64,000 nucleotides of DNA from Escherichia coli (GTDB lineage: Bacteria; Pseudomonadota; Gammaproteobacteria; Enterobacterales; Enterobacteriaceae). Under the pieces are notes generated by a model, which was not told the DNA's origin, ran no database searches, and worked only from the letters and a program-made list of their open reading frames with translations. Below are positions 22,322 to 31,818 of this stretch, piece after piece (positions within the stretch are counted from its first letter, which is position 1; every line of letters begins with the position of its first letter). The DNA is taken from assembly GCF_029227855.1 (NCBI RefSeq), contig NZ_CP074356.1, one strand, 5' to 3'. Made by a program: the position numbers and the translations under genes.

Positions 22322-23784
22322 AAAAAGTAAATCATTGGATCAACGGCAAAAATGTTGCAGGTAACGACTACTTCCAGACCACCAATCCGGCAACGGGTGA
22401 AGTGCTGGCAGATGTGGCCTCCGGCGGTGAAGCGGAGATCAATCAGGCGGTAGCGGCAGCGAAAGAGGCGTTCCCGAAATGGGCCAATCTGCCGATGAAA
22501 GAGCGTGCGCGCCTGATGCGCCGTCTGGGCGATCTGATCGACCAGAACGTGCCTGAGATCGCCGCGATGGAAACCGCGGACACGGGCCTGCCGATCCATC
22601 AGACCAAAAATGTATTGATCCCACGCGCTTCTCACAACTTTGAATTTTTCGCGGAAGTCTGCCAGCAGATGAACGGCAAGACCTATCCGGTTGACGACAA
22701 GATGCTCAACTACACGCTGGTGCAACCGGTAGGCGTTTGTGCGCTGGTATCGCCGTGGAACGTGCCGTTTATGACCGCCACATGGAAGGTCGCGCCGTGT
22801 CTGGCGCTGGGCAATACCGCGGTGTTGAAAATGTCGGAACTCTCCCCGCTGACCGCTGACCGCCTGGGTGAGCTGGCGCTGGAAGCCGGTATTCCGGCGG
22901 GCGTGCTGAACGTGGTACAGGGCTACGGCGCAACCGCAGGCGATGCGCTGGTTCGTCATCATGACGTACGTGCCGTGTCGTTCACCGGCGGTACGGCCAC
23001 CGGGCGCAACATCATGAAAAACGCCGGGCTGAAAAAATACTCCATGGAACTGGGCGGTAAATCGCCGGTGCTGATTTTTGAAGATGCCGATATTGAACGC
23101 GCGCTGGACGCTGCCCTGTTCACCATCTTCTCGATCAACGGCGAGCGCTGCACCGCCGGTTCGCGCATCTTTATTCAGCAAAGCATCTACCCGGAATTCG
23201 TTAAACGCTTTGCCGAACGCGCCAACCGTCTGCGCGTGGGCGATCCGAACGATCCGAATACCCAGGTTGGGGCGCTTATCAGCCAGCAACACTGGGAAAA
23301 AGTCTCCGGCTATATTCGTCTCGGCATTGAAGAAGGCGCAACCCTGCTAGCGGGCGGTCCGGATAAACCGTCCGACCTGCCTGCGCACCTGAAAGGCGGC
23401 AACTTCCTGCGCCCAACGGTGCTGGCTGACGTTGATAACCGTATGCGCGTCGCCCAGGAAGAGATTTTCGGGCCGGTCGCCTGTCTGCTGCCGTTTAAAG
23501 ACGAAGCTGAAGGTCTGCGCCTGGCAAATGACGTGGAGTATGGCCTCGCGTCGTACATCTGGACGCAGGATGTCAGCAAAGTGTTACGCCTGGCGCGTGG
23601 CATTGAAGCAGGCATGGTGTTCGTCAACACCCAGAACGTGCGCGACCTGCGCCAGCCGTTTGGCGGCGTAAAAGCCTCCGGCACCGGGCGTGAAGGCGGT
23701 GAGTACAGCTTCGAAGTGTTCGCGGAAATGAAGAACGTCTGCATTTCCATGGGCGACCATCCAATTCCGAAATGGGGAGTCTGA
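22318..23784 (+). CDS. hpaE: 5-carboxymethyl-2-hydroxymuconate semialdehyde dehydrogenase
   Basis: 488 aa aldehyde dehydrogenase (catalytic Cys region GERCTAGSR); start overlaps hpaG stop. Confidence 0.9.
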   Translation: MKKVNHWINGKNVAGNDYFQTTNPATGEVLADVASGGEAEINQAVAAAKEAFPKWANLPMKERARLMRRLGDLIDQNVPEIAAMETADTGLPIHQTKNVLIPRASHNFEFFAEVCQQMNGKTYPVDDKMLNYTLVQPVGVCALVSPWNVPFMTATWKVAPCLALGNTAVLKMSELSPLTADRLGELALEAGIPAGVLNVVQGYGATAGDALVRHHDVRAVSFTGGTATGRNIMKNAGLKKYSMELGGKSPVLIFEDADIERALDAALFTIFSINGERCTAGSRIFIQQSIYPEFVKRFAERANRLRVGDPNDPNTQVGALISQQHWEKVSGYIRLGIEEGATLLAGGPDKPSDLPAHLKGGNFLRPTVLADVDNRMRVAQEEIFGPVACLLPFKDEAEGLRLANDVEYGLASYIWTQDVSKVLRLARGIEAGMVFVNTQNVRDLRQPFGGVKASGTGREGGEYSFEVFAEMKNVCISMGDHPIPKWGV

Positions 23785-23785
23785 T

Positions 23786-24637
23786 ATGGGTAAGTTAGCG
23801 TTAGCCGCCAAAATCACGCACGTACCGTCGATGTATCTCTCTGAACTACCAGGGAAAAACCACGGTTGCCGCCAGGGTGCGATCGACGGGCATAAAGAGA
23901 TCAGCAAGCGTTGCCGGGAAATGGGCGTCGATACCATTATCGTTTTCGATACTCACTGGCTGGTCAACAGTGCTTATCACATCAACTGTGCAGACCATTT
24001 TGAAGGCGTCTACACCAGCAACGAGCTGCCGCATTTTATTCGTGACATGACCTACAACTACGAGGGCAACCCGGAGTTGGGGCAGCTTATTGCCGATGAA
24101 GCCTTAAAACTCGGCGTGCGGGCAAAAGCGCACAACATTCCCAGCCTGAAACTGGAATACGGCACGCTGGTGCCAATGCGCTACATGAATGAAGACAAGC
24201 ACTTCAAAGTGGTCTCCATTTCGGCTTTCTGCACGGTTCACGATTTTGCCGACAGCCGCAAGCTTGGCGAAGCGATTTTGAAAGCAATCGAACAGTACGA
24301 CGGCACCGTGGCGGTCCTTGCCAGCGGTTCGTTATCGCACCGCTTTATTGACGATCAGCGTGCGGAAGAAGGGATGAACAGCTACACCCGCGAGTTCGAC
24401 CGCCAGATGGACGAGCGCGTGGTGAAGCTGTGGCGCGAAGGCCAGTTCAAAGAGTTCTGCAATATGCTGCCGGAGTACGCCGACTACTGCTACGGCGAAG
24501 GCAATATGCACGACACGGTGATGCTGCTGGGGATGCTCGGCTGGGATAAATACGACGGCAAGGTGGAGTTTATCACCGAGCTGTTCCCAAGCTCCGGTAC
24601 TGGTCAGGTTAACGCTGTTTTCCCGCTTCCCGCGTAA
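23786..24637 (+). CDS. hpaD: 3,4-dihydroxyphenylacetate 2,3-dioxygenase (extradiol)
   Basis: 283 aa, LigB-type extradiol dioxygenase, cluster context. Confidence 0.85.
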   Translation: MGKLALAAKITHVPSMYLSELPGKNHGCRQGAIDGHKEISKRCREMGVDTIIVFDTHWLVNSAYHINCADHFEGVYTSNELPHFIRDMTYNYEGNPELGQLIADEALKLGVRAKAHNIPSLKLEYGTLVPMRYMNEDKHFKVVSISAFCTVHDFADSRKLGEAILKAIEQYDGTVAVLASGSLSHRFIDDQRAEEGMNSYTREFDRQMDERVVKLWREGQFKEFCNMLPEYADYCYGEGNMHDTVMLLGMLGWDKYDGKVEFITELFPSSGTGQVNAVFPLPA

Positions 24638-24646
24638 GGACGTTTT

Positions 24647-25027
24647 ATGCCGCACTTTATCGTTGAATGTACTGAAAATATTCGTGAAGAAGCCCGCTTA
24701 CCTGAGCTGTTTGCCAGTGTTAACACTGCACTGGCGGCGACGGGGATTTTTCCGCTTGGGGGAATACGTAGCCGGGCGCACTGGATCGATACCTGGCAAA
24801 TGGCTGATGGCAAGCACGATTACGCCTTTGTGCATATGACGCTAAAAATCGGCAGCGGGCGCAGTCTGGAAAGCCGTCAGGAAGTGGGCGAAATGGTGTT
24901 TGATCTGATTAAAACGCACTTCGCCTCACTGATGGAGAGCCGTTACCTGGCGCTTTCATTTGAGATTGCAGAGCTGCACCCGACGTTGAATTTCAAACAG
25001 AACAACGTACACGCGTTGTTTAAATAA
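24647..25027 (+). CDS. hpaF: 5-carboxymethyl-2-hydroxymuconate isomerase
   Basis: 126 aa [16 protein letters not shown]... Confidence 0.85.
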   Translation: MPHFIVECTENIREEARLPELFASVNTALAATGIFPLGGIRSRAHWIDTWQMADGKHDYAFVHMTLKIGSGRSLESRQEVGEMVFDLIKTHFASLMESRYLALSFEIAELHPTLNFKQNNVHALFK

Positions 25028-25094
25028 ATTTGTACCAGCTTCCAGGCCGGATGATAAGGCGCAGCCGCATCCGGCAATGCCACAGGATATCGCC

Positions 25095-25898
25095 ATGTTC
25101 GATAAACACACCCACACCCTGATCGCCCAGCGTCTGGATCAGGCAGAAAAACAGCGCGAACAGATCCGCGCGATCTCGCTGGATTACCCGGAGATCACCA
25201 TCGAAGATGCCTACGCCGTACAGCGCGAATGGGTCCGCCTGAAAATTGCCGAAGGCCGTACGCTGAAAGGCCACAAAATCGGCCTGACCTCGAAAGCGAT
25301 GCAGGCCAGCTCACAAATCAGCGAACCGGATTACGGCGCGCTGCTGGACGACATGTTCTTCCACGATGGCAGCGATATCCCGACCGATCGCTTTATCGTG
25401 CCGCGCATTGAAGTGGAGCTGGCTTTCGTGCTGGCAAAACCGCTGCGTGGGCCAAACTGCACGCTGTTCGACGTTTACAACGCCACGGACTATGTGATCC
25501 CGGCGCTGGAGCTGATCGACGCTCGCTGCCACAACATCGATCCGGAAACCCAGCGCCCGCGTAAAGTGTTCGACACCATTTCTGATAACGCCGCCAATGC
25601 CGGGGTGATCCTCGGTGGTCGTCCCATTAAGCCCGATGAGTTGGATCTGCGTTGGATCTCCGCCCTGATGTATCGTAATGGCGTGATTGAAGAAACTGGC
25701 GTCGCCGCTGGCGTGCTGAATCACCCGGCAAACGGCGTGGCCTGGCTGGCGAACAAACTCGCACCGTATGACGTACAACTGGAAGCCGGGCAAATCATTC
25801 TCGGCGGTTCGTTTACCCGCCCGGTTCCGGCGCGTAAGGGCGACACCTTCCACGTCGATTACGGCAACATGGGCTCCATTAGCTGCCGCTTTGTTTAA
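25095..25898 (+). CDS. hpaH: 2-oxo-hept-4-ene-1,7-dioate hydratase
   Basis: ORF 25077..25898; the 267-aa form starts [20 protein letters not shown]. Confidence 0.85.
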   Translation: MFDKHTHTLIAQRLDQAEKQREQIRAISLDYPEITIEDAYAVQREWVRLKIAEGRTLKGHKIGLTSKAMQASSQISEPDYGALLDDMFFHDGSDIPTDRFIVPRIEVELAFVLAKPLRGPNCTLFDVYNATDYVIPALELIDARCHNIDPETQRPRKVFDTISDNAANAGVILGGRPIKPDELDLRWISALMYRNGVIEETGVAAGVLNHPANGVAWLANKLAPYDVQLEAGQIILGGSFTRPVPARKGDTFHVDYGNMGSISCRFV

Positions 25899-25908
25899 GG
25901 AGAGAACG

Positions 25909-26697
25909 ATGGAAAACAGTTTTAAAGCGGCGCTGAAAGCAGGCCGCCCGCAGATCGGATTATGGCTGGGGCTAAGTAGCAGCTACAGCGCAGAGTTACT
26001 GGCCGGAGCAGGATTCGACTGGTTATTGATCGACGGTGAGCACGCGCCGAATAACGTGCAAACCGTGCTCACCCAGCTACAGGCGATTGCGCCCTACCCC
26101 AGCCAGCCGGTAGTACGTCCATCGTGGAACGATCCGGTGCAAATCAAACAACTGCTGGACGTCGGCACACAAACCTTACTGGTGCCGATGGTACAAAACG
26201 CCGACGAAGCCCGTGAAGCGGTACGCGCCACCCGTTATCCCCCCGCCGGTATTCGCGGTGTGGGCAGTGCGCTGGCTCGCGCCTCGCGCTGGAATCGCAT
26301 TCCTGATTACCTGCAAAAAGCCAACGATCAAATGTGCGTGCTGGTGCAAATCGAAACGCGTGAGGCAATGAAGAACTTACCGCAGATTCTGGACGTGGAA
26401 GGGGTCGACGGCGTGTTTATCGGCCCGGCGGATCTGAGCGCCGATATGGGTTATGCCGGTAATCCGCAGCACCCGGAAGTACAGGTCGCCATTGAGCAGG
26501 CGATCGTGCAGATCCGCGAAGCGGGCAAAGCGCCGGGGATCCTGATCGCCAATGAGCAACTGGCAAAACGCTATCTGGAACTGGGCGCGCTATTTGTCGC
26601 CGTCGGCGTTGACACCACCCTGCTCGCCCGCGCCGCCGAAGCGCTGGCAGCACGGTTTGGCGCGCAGGCCACGACCGTTAAGCCCGGCGTGTATTAA
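25909..26697 (+). CDS. hpaI: 4-hydroxy-2-oxo-heptane-1,7-dioate aldolase
   Basis: 262 aa from [22 protein letters not shown]; class II aldolase family. Confidence 0.85.
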   Translation: MENSFKAALKAGRPQIGLWLGLSSSYSAELLAGAGFDWLLIDGEHAPNNVQTVLTQLQAIAPYPSQPVVRPSWNDPVQIKQLLDVGTQTLLVPMVQNADEAREAVRATRYPPAGIRGVGSALARASRWNRIPDYLQKANDQMCVLVQIETREAMKNLPQILDVEGVDGVFIGPADLSADMGYAGNPQHPEVQVAIEQAIVQIREAGKAPGILIANEQLAKRYLELGALFVAVGVDTTLLARAAEALAARFGAQATTVKPGVY

Positions 26698-26806
26698 TGT
26701 CGATCCGGCCTACACGCGCACTAAACCATAGGCTGGATAAGACGTTTACGCCGCATCCGCCATAAACCTTGTCGTACCCTACAAAAATCCCATTAGAGGA
26801 AGAAAA

Positions 26807-28183
26807 ATGAGCGACACCTCACCTGCCATACCGGAGAGTATCGATCCGGCGAATCAGCATAAAGCGCTGACTACCGGACAACAGGCGGTTATTAAGAAGC
26901 TGTTTCGCCGCCTGATCGTCTTTCTGTTCGTGCTGTTTATCTTCTCGTTCCTTGATCGCATCAACATCGGCTTTGCCGGGCTAACGATGGGACGCGACCT
27001 CGGTCTGAGCGCCACCATGTTTGGCCTCGCCACCACCCTGTTCTATGCCGCTTATGTCATCTTCGGCATTCCCAGCAACATTATGCTGAGTATTGTCGGT
27101 GCGCGGCGCTGGATCGCCACCATCATGGTGCTCTGGGGCATCGCCTCTACGGCCACCATGTTTGCCACTGGCCCCACCAGCTTATACGTACTGCGTATAC
27201 TGGTTGGCATTACCGAAGCCGGCTTTCTGCCTGGCATTCTGCTGTATTTAACCTTCTGGTTTCCGGCCTATTTCCGCGCCCGTGCCAACGCCTTGTTTAT
27301 GGTAGCAATGCCGGTAACGACAGCGCTGGGATCGATCGTTTCCGGCTACATTTTGTCGCTGGATGGCGTAATGGCATTAAAAGGCTGGCAGTGGCTGTTT
27401 TTGCTGGAAGGCTTCCCGTCGGTATTACTCGGCGTCATGGTGTGGTTCTGGCTTGATGACTCACCGGACAAAGCTAAGTGGCTGACGAAAGAAGACAAAA
27501 AATGCCTGCAAGAGATGATGGATAACGATCGTCTGACGCTGGTTCAGCCAGAGGGAGCCATCAGTCACCACGCCATGCAACAACGCAGCATGTGGCGGGA
27601 GATCTTCACTCCGGTGGTGATGATGTATACCCTGGCGTATTTCTGCCTGACCAACACACTTAGTGCAATCAGCATCTGGACACCGCAGATCCTACAAAGC
27701 TTTAATCAGGGCAGCAGTAATATCACCATCGGCCTGCTGGCCGCCGTACCGCAGATTTGTACCATTCTCGGGATGATCTACTGGAGCCGTCACTCAGATC
27801 GCCGCCAGGAACGAAGGCATCACACCGCCCTTCCTTATTTGTTCGCTGCCGCTGGTTGGTTACTGGCTTCGGCAACTGATCACAACATGATCCAGATGCT
27901 GGGGATCATTATGGCTTCGACCGGATCATTCAGCGCAATGGCGATTTTCTGGACAACACCGGATCAGTCCATCAGCCTGCGGGCACGAGCGATCGGTATT
28001 GCGGTGATCAACGCCACTGGCAACATTGGTTCAGCGTTAAGTCCGTTTATGATCGGCTGGTTGAAAGATCTGACCGGCAGCTTTAACAGTGGATTGTGGT
28101 TTGTTGCCGCGCTGCTGGTGATTGGTGCGGGGATTATCTGGGCAATTCCAATGCAGTCCTCCCGTCCGCGAGCGACCCCGTAA
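26807..28183 (+). CDS. hpaX: MFS 4-hydroxyphenylacetate transporter
   Basis: 458 aa, 12 predicted membrane spans, between hpaI and hpaA. Confidence 0.85.
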   Translation: MSDTSPAIPESIDPANQHKALTTGQQAVIKKLFRRLIVFLFVLFIFSFLDRINIGFAGLTMGRDLGLSATMFGLATTLFYAAYVIFGIPSNIMLSIVGARRWIATIMVLWGIASTATMFATGPTSLYVLRILVGITEAGFLPGILLYLTFWFPAYFRARANALFMVAMPVTTALGSIVSGYILSLDGVMALKGWQWLFLLEGFPSVLLGVMVWFWLDDSPDKAKWLTKEDKKCLQEMMDNDRLTLVQPEGAISHHAMQQRSMWREIFTPVVMMYTLAYFCLTNTLSAISIWTPQILQSFNQGSSNITIGLLAAVPQICTILGMIYWSRHSDRRQERRHHTALPYLFAAAGWLLASATDHNMIQMLGIIMASTGSFSAMAIFWTTPDQSISLRARAIGIAVINATGNIGSALSPFMIGWLKDLTGSFNSGLWFVAALLVIGAGIIWAIPMQSSRPRATP

Positions 28184-28192
28184 GGAACGACG

Positions 28193-29083
28193 ATGTGTGA
28201 CCGTCAGATTGCCAATATTGATATCAGCAAAGAGTACGATGAAAGCCTGGGCACGGACGATGTGCATTATCAGTCCTTCGCCCGCATGGCGGCCTTTTTT
28301 GGCCGCCATATGCTGCCACATCGCCACGAACAGTACTTTCAGATGCATTTCCTCAATAGCGGACAGATTGAGCTACAGCTTGACGATCATCGCTACTCGG
28401 TGGAAGCGCCCCTGTTTGTCCTGACGCCGCCGTCAGTACCTCATGCGTTTATTACGGAGTCTGACGCCGACGGTCATGTGTTGACGGTACGGGAAGATCT
28501 GATCTGGCCCCTGCTGGAAGTTCTTTATCCGGGCACTCGGGAAACCTTCGGCCTGCCGGGGATTTGCCTGTCACTGGCAGATAAACCCGACGAACTGGCG
28601 GCGCTGGAACACTATTGGCAACTGATAGAGCGGGAATCGGTGGAACAACTGCCTGGACGGGAACACACCCTGACGCTACTGGCACAGGCAGTGTTCACCC
28701 TACTGCTGCGTAACGCAAAACTCGACGACCATGCCGCCAGCGGAATGCGCGGAGAATTAAAACTGTTCCAGCGTTTTCATATGCTGATTGAAAGCCATTT
28801 TCACCAGCACTGGACAGTACCGGATTACGCTAACGAACTGCATATCACCGAATCACGCCTCACGGACATCTGCCGCCGCTTTGCCAACCGTCCGCCAAAA
28901 CGGTTGATTTTCGACAGGCAGCTGCGAGAAGCCAAGCGGCTGCTGCTGTTTTCTGATAACGCCGTGAACAATATTGCCTGGCAACTCGGTTTTAAGGATC
29001 CGGCTTATTTTGCGCGCTTTTTTAATCGTTTAGTCGGTTGCTCGCCCAGTGCTTACCGTGCCAAAAAAGTACCTGTGACGTGA
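28193..29083 (+). CDS. hpaA: AraC/XylS-family activator of hpaBC
   Basis: 296 aa with C-terminal AraC-type HTH (NIAWQLGFKDPAYFARFF). Confidence 0.85.
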   Translation: MCDRQIANIDISKEYDESLGTDDVHYQSFARMAAFFGRHMLPHRHEQYFQMHFLNSGQIELQLDDHRYSVEAPLFVLTPPSVPHAFITESDADGHVLTVREDLIWPLLEVLYPGTRETFGLPGICLSLADKPDELAALEHYWQLIERESVEQLPGREHTLTLLAQAVFTLLLRNAKLDDHAASGMRGELKLFQRFHMLIESHFHQHWTVPDYANELHITESRLTDICRRFANRPPKRLIFDRQLREAKRLLLFSDNAVNNIAWQLGFKDPAYFARFFNRLVGCSPSAYRAKKVPVT

Positions 29084-29333
29084 AAATCCCTTAGCCTTAA
29101 CGGGAAACCAGGCATCACCTGCTATTCCTCTTTCTCCGCCTGGAGCAAGGGGATTTAGTAACGTCAAAAATAGCTAAAAGCGACCTCGATCACAAAACCG
29201 TACCCGACCTGAAAAGTACCAGCCATTGTCCCAAAAGTGTCTTCCCGTAATCGCCCCTGCAAGCTTCAATTGAATAACAAAAACAACACACAAAATTAAC
29301 AATCGTATTCCGATTAATACTGTAGAGGTCGAC

Positions 29334-30896
29334 ATGAAACCAGAAGATTTCCGCGCCAGTACCCAACGTCCGTTCACCGGGGAAGAGTATCTGAAAAGCC
29401 TGCAGGATGGTCGCGAGATCTATATCTATGGCGAGCGAGTGAAAGACGTCACCACTCATCCGGCATTTCGTAATGCGGCAGCGTCTGTTGCCCAACTGTA
29501 CGACGCGCTGCACAAACCGGAGATGCAGGACTCTCTGTGTTGGAACACCGACACCGGCAGCGGCGGCTATACCCATAAATTCTTCCGCGTGGCGAAAAGT
29601 GCCGACGACCTGCGCCAGCAACGCGACGCCATCGCTGAGTGGTCACGCCTGAGCTATGGCTGGATGGGCCGTACCCCAGACTACAAGGCTGCTTTCGGTT
29701 GCGCACTGGGCGCGAATCCGGGCTTTTACGGTCAGTTCGAGCAGAACGCCCGTAACTGGTACACCCGTATTCAGGAAACTGGCCTCTACTTTAACCACGC
29801 GATTGTTAACCCACCGATCGATCGTCATTTGCCGACCGATAAAGTGAAAGACGTTTACATCAAGCTGGAAAAAGAGACTGACGCCGGGATTATCGTCAGC
29901 GGTGCGAAAGTGGTTGCCACCAACTCGGCGCTGACTCACTACAACATGATTGGCTTCGGCTCGGCACAAGTGATGGGCGAAAACCCGGACTTCGCACTGA
30001 TGTTCGTTGCGCCAATGGATGCCGATGGCGTGAAATTAATCTCCCGCGCCTCTTATGAGATGGTCGCGGGTGCTACCGGCTCCCCGTACGACTACCCGCT
30101 CTCCAGCCGCTTCGATGAGAACGATGCGATTCTGGTGATGGATAACGTGCTGATCCCATGGGAAAACGTGCTGATCTACCGCGATTTTGATCGCTGCCGT
30201 CGCTGGACGATGGAAGGCGGTTTCGCCCGTATGTATCCGCTGCAAGCCTGTGTACGCCTGGCAGTGAAACTCGACTTCATTACGGCACTGCTGAAAAAAT
30301 CACTCGAATGTACCGGCACCCTGGAGTTCCGTGGTGTGCAGGCCGATCTCGGTGAAGTGGTGGCGTGGCGCAACACCTTCTGGGCATTGAGTGACTCGAT
30401 GTGTTCAGAAGCGACACCATGGGTCAACGGTGCTTATTTACCGGATCATGCCGCACTGCAAACCTATCGCGTACTGGCACCAATGGCCTACGCGAAGATC
30501 AAAAACATTATCGAACGCAACGTTACCAGTGGCCTGATCTATCTCCCTTCCAGTGCCCGTGACCTGAACAATCCGCAGATCGACCAGTATCTGGCGAAGT
30601 ATGTGCGCGGTTCGAATGGTATGGATCACGTCCAGCGCATCAAGATCCTCAAACTGATGTGGGATGCCATTGGCAGCGAGTTTGGTGGTCGTCACGAGCT
30701 GTATGAAATCAACTACTCCGGTAGCCAGGATGAGATTCGCCTGCAGTGTCTGCGCCAGGCACAAAGCTCCGGCAATATGGACAAGATGATGGCGATGGTT
30801 GATCGCTGCCTGTCGGAATACGACCAGAACGGCTGGACTGTGCCGCACCTGCACAACAACGACGATATCAACATGCTGGATAAGCTGCTGAAATAA
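29334..30896 (+). CDS. hpaB: 4-hydroxyphenylacetate 3-monooxygenase, oxygenase component
   Basis: 520 aa MKPEDFRASTQRPFTGEEYLKSLQDGREIYIYGERVKDVTTHPAFRN. Confidence 0.9.
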   Translation: MKPEDFRASTQRPFTGEEYLKSLQDGREIYIYGERVKDVTTHPAFRNAAASVAQLYDALHKPEMQDSLCWNTDTGSGGYTHKFFRVAKSADDLRQQRDAIAEWSRLSYGWMGRTPDYKAAFGCALGANPGFYGQFEQNARNWYTRIQETGLYFNHAIVNPPIDRHLPTDKVKDVYIKLEKETDAGIIVSGAKVVATNSALTHYNMIGFGSAQVMGENPDFALMFVAPMDADGVKLISRASYEMVAGATGSPYDYPLSSRFDENDAILVMDNVLIPWENVLIYRDFDRCRRWTMEGGFARMYPLQACVRLAVKLDFITALLKKSLECTGTLEFRGVQADLGEVVAWRNTFWALSDSMCSEATPWVNGAYLPDHAALQTYRVLAPMAYAKIKNIIERNVTSGLIYLPSSARDLNNPQIDQYLAKYVRGSNGMDHVQRIKILKLMWDAIGSEFGGRHELYEINYSGSQDEIRLQCLRQAQSSGNMDKMMAMVDRCLSEYDQNGWTVPHLHNNDDINMLDKLLK

Positions 30897-30913
30897 CGCA
30901 GCAGGAGGTTAAG

Positions 30914-31426
30914 ATGCAATTAGATGAACAACGCCTGCGCTTTCGTGACGCGATGGCCAGCCTGTCGGCAGCGGTAAATATTATCACCACCGAGGGCGAC
31001 GCCGGACAATGCGGGATTACGGCAACGGCCGTCTGCTCGGTCACGGATACACCACCATCGCTGATGGTGTGCATTAACGCCAACAGTGCGATGAACCCGG
31101 TTTTTCAGGGCAACGGCAAGTTGTGCGTCAACGTCCTCAACCATGAGCAGGAACTGATGGCACGCCACTTCGCGGGCATGACGGGCATGGCGATGGAAGA
31201 GCGTTTTAGCCTCTCATGCTGGCAAAAAGGTCCGCTGGCGCAGCCGGTGCTGAAAGGTTCGCTGGCCAGTCTTGAAGGTGAGATCCGCGATGTGCAGGCA
31301 ATTGGCACACATCTGGTGTATCTGGTGGAGATTAAAAACATCATCCTCAGTGCAGAAGGTCACGGACTTATCTACTTTAAACGCCGTTTCCATCCGGTGA
31401 TGCTGGAAATGGAAGCTGCGATTTAA
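30914..31426 (+). CDS. hpaC: 4-hydroxyphenylacetate 3-monooxygenase, flavin reductase component
   Basis: 170 aa MQLDEQRLRFRDAMASLSAAVNIITTEG. Confidence 0.9.
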   Translation: MQLDEQRLRFRDAMASLSAAVNIITTEGDAGQCGITATAVCSVTDTPPSLMVCINANSAMNPVFQGNGKLCVNVLNHEQELMARHFAGMTGMAMEERFSLSCWQKGPLAQPVLKGSLASLEGEIRDVQAIGTHLVYLVEIKNIILSAEGHGLIYFKRRFHPVMLEMEAAI

Positions 31427-31432
31427 GCTCCA

Positions 31433-31468
31433 GCCCCTTCACGCATTCGTCGAAGGGGCATTTTTATT
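31433..31468 (+). terminator. Rho-independent terminator after hpaC
   Basis: ccccttcacgcattcgtcgaagggg hairpin followed by catttttatt. Confidence 0.6.
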
Positions 31469-31511
31469 GTGATCTCAATCACATATCCACCCGATGAATA
31501 ATTCTTGCCCA

Positions 31512-31539
31512 ACCGCTCACCGCCATTCCTGACCGCTTA
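31512..31539 (+). promoter_or_regulatory. Candidate BtsR (YehT) operator: direct repeat ACCGCTCA ... ACCGCTTA upstream of btsT
   Basis: Two ACC(G/A)CT(C/T)A copies with a 12-nt spacer about 280 nt upstream of the btsT start; site assignment from memory of the yjiY promoter. Confidence 0.4.
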
Positions 31540-31818
31540 CGTCCCTAAAATAACCACTCAGTTATTTACCTTACTTTACGCGCGCGTAACTCTGGCAACA
31601 TCACTGCAGGATAGCGGTCAATTTACCTCCTCAAACGCAACGCAAACCTAGAACGGCTTCGGCCTATGATTAACAAATTACTCTATGGATTTTGGTTTGC
31701 AGGAAGGCAGCAAGTGAGTGAATCCCCGGGAGCTTACAACAGTAAGTGACAGGGGTGAACGAACGCAGCTGCCGCACCTGTAAGCCAAAAGACGACGAGT
31801 AAAATGCCAGGTTTTACT

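Noticed and set aside
22162-23292. 376-aa ORF on the minus strand
   Set aside because: Lies entirely antisense to hpaE (aldehyde dehydrogenase); Arg/Gly/His-rich low-complexity translation typical of antisense frames in GC-rich coding DNA.
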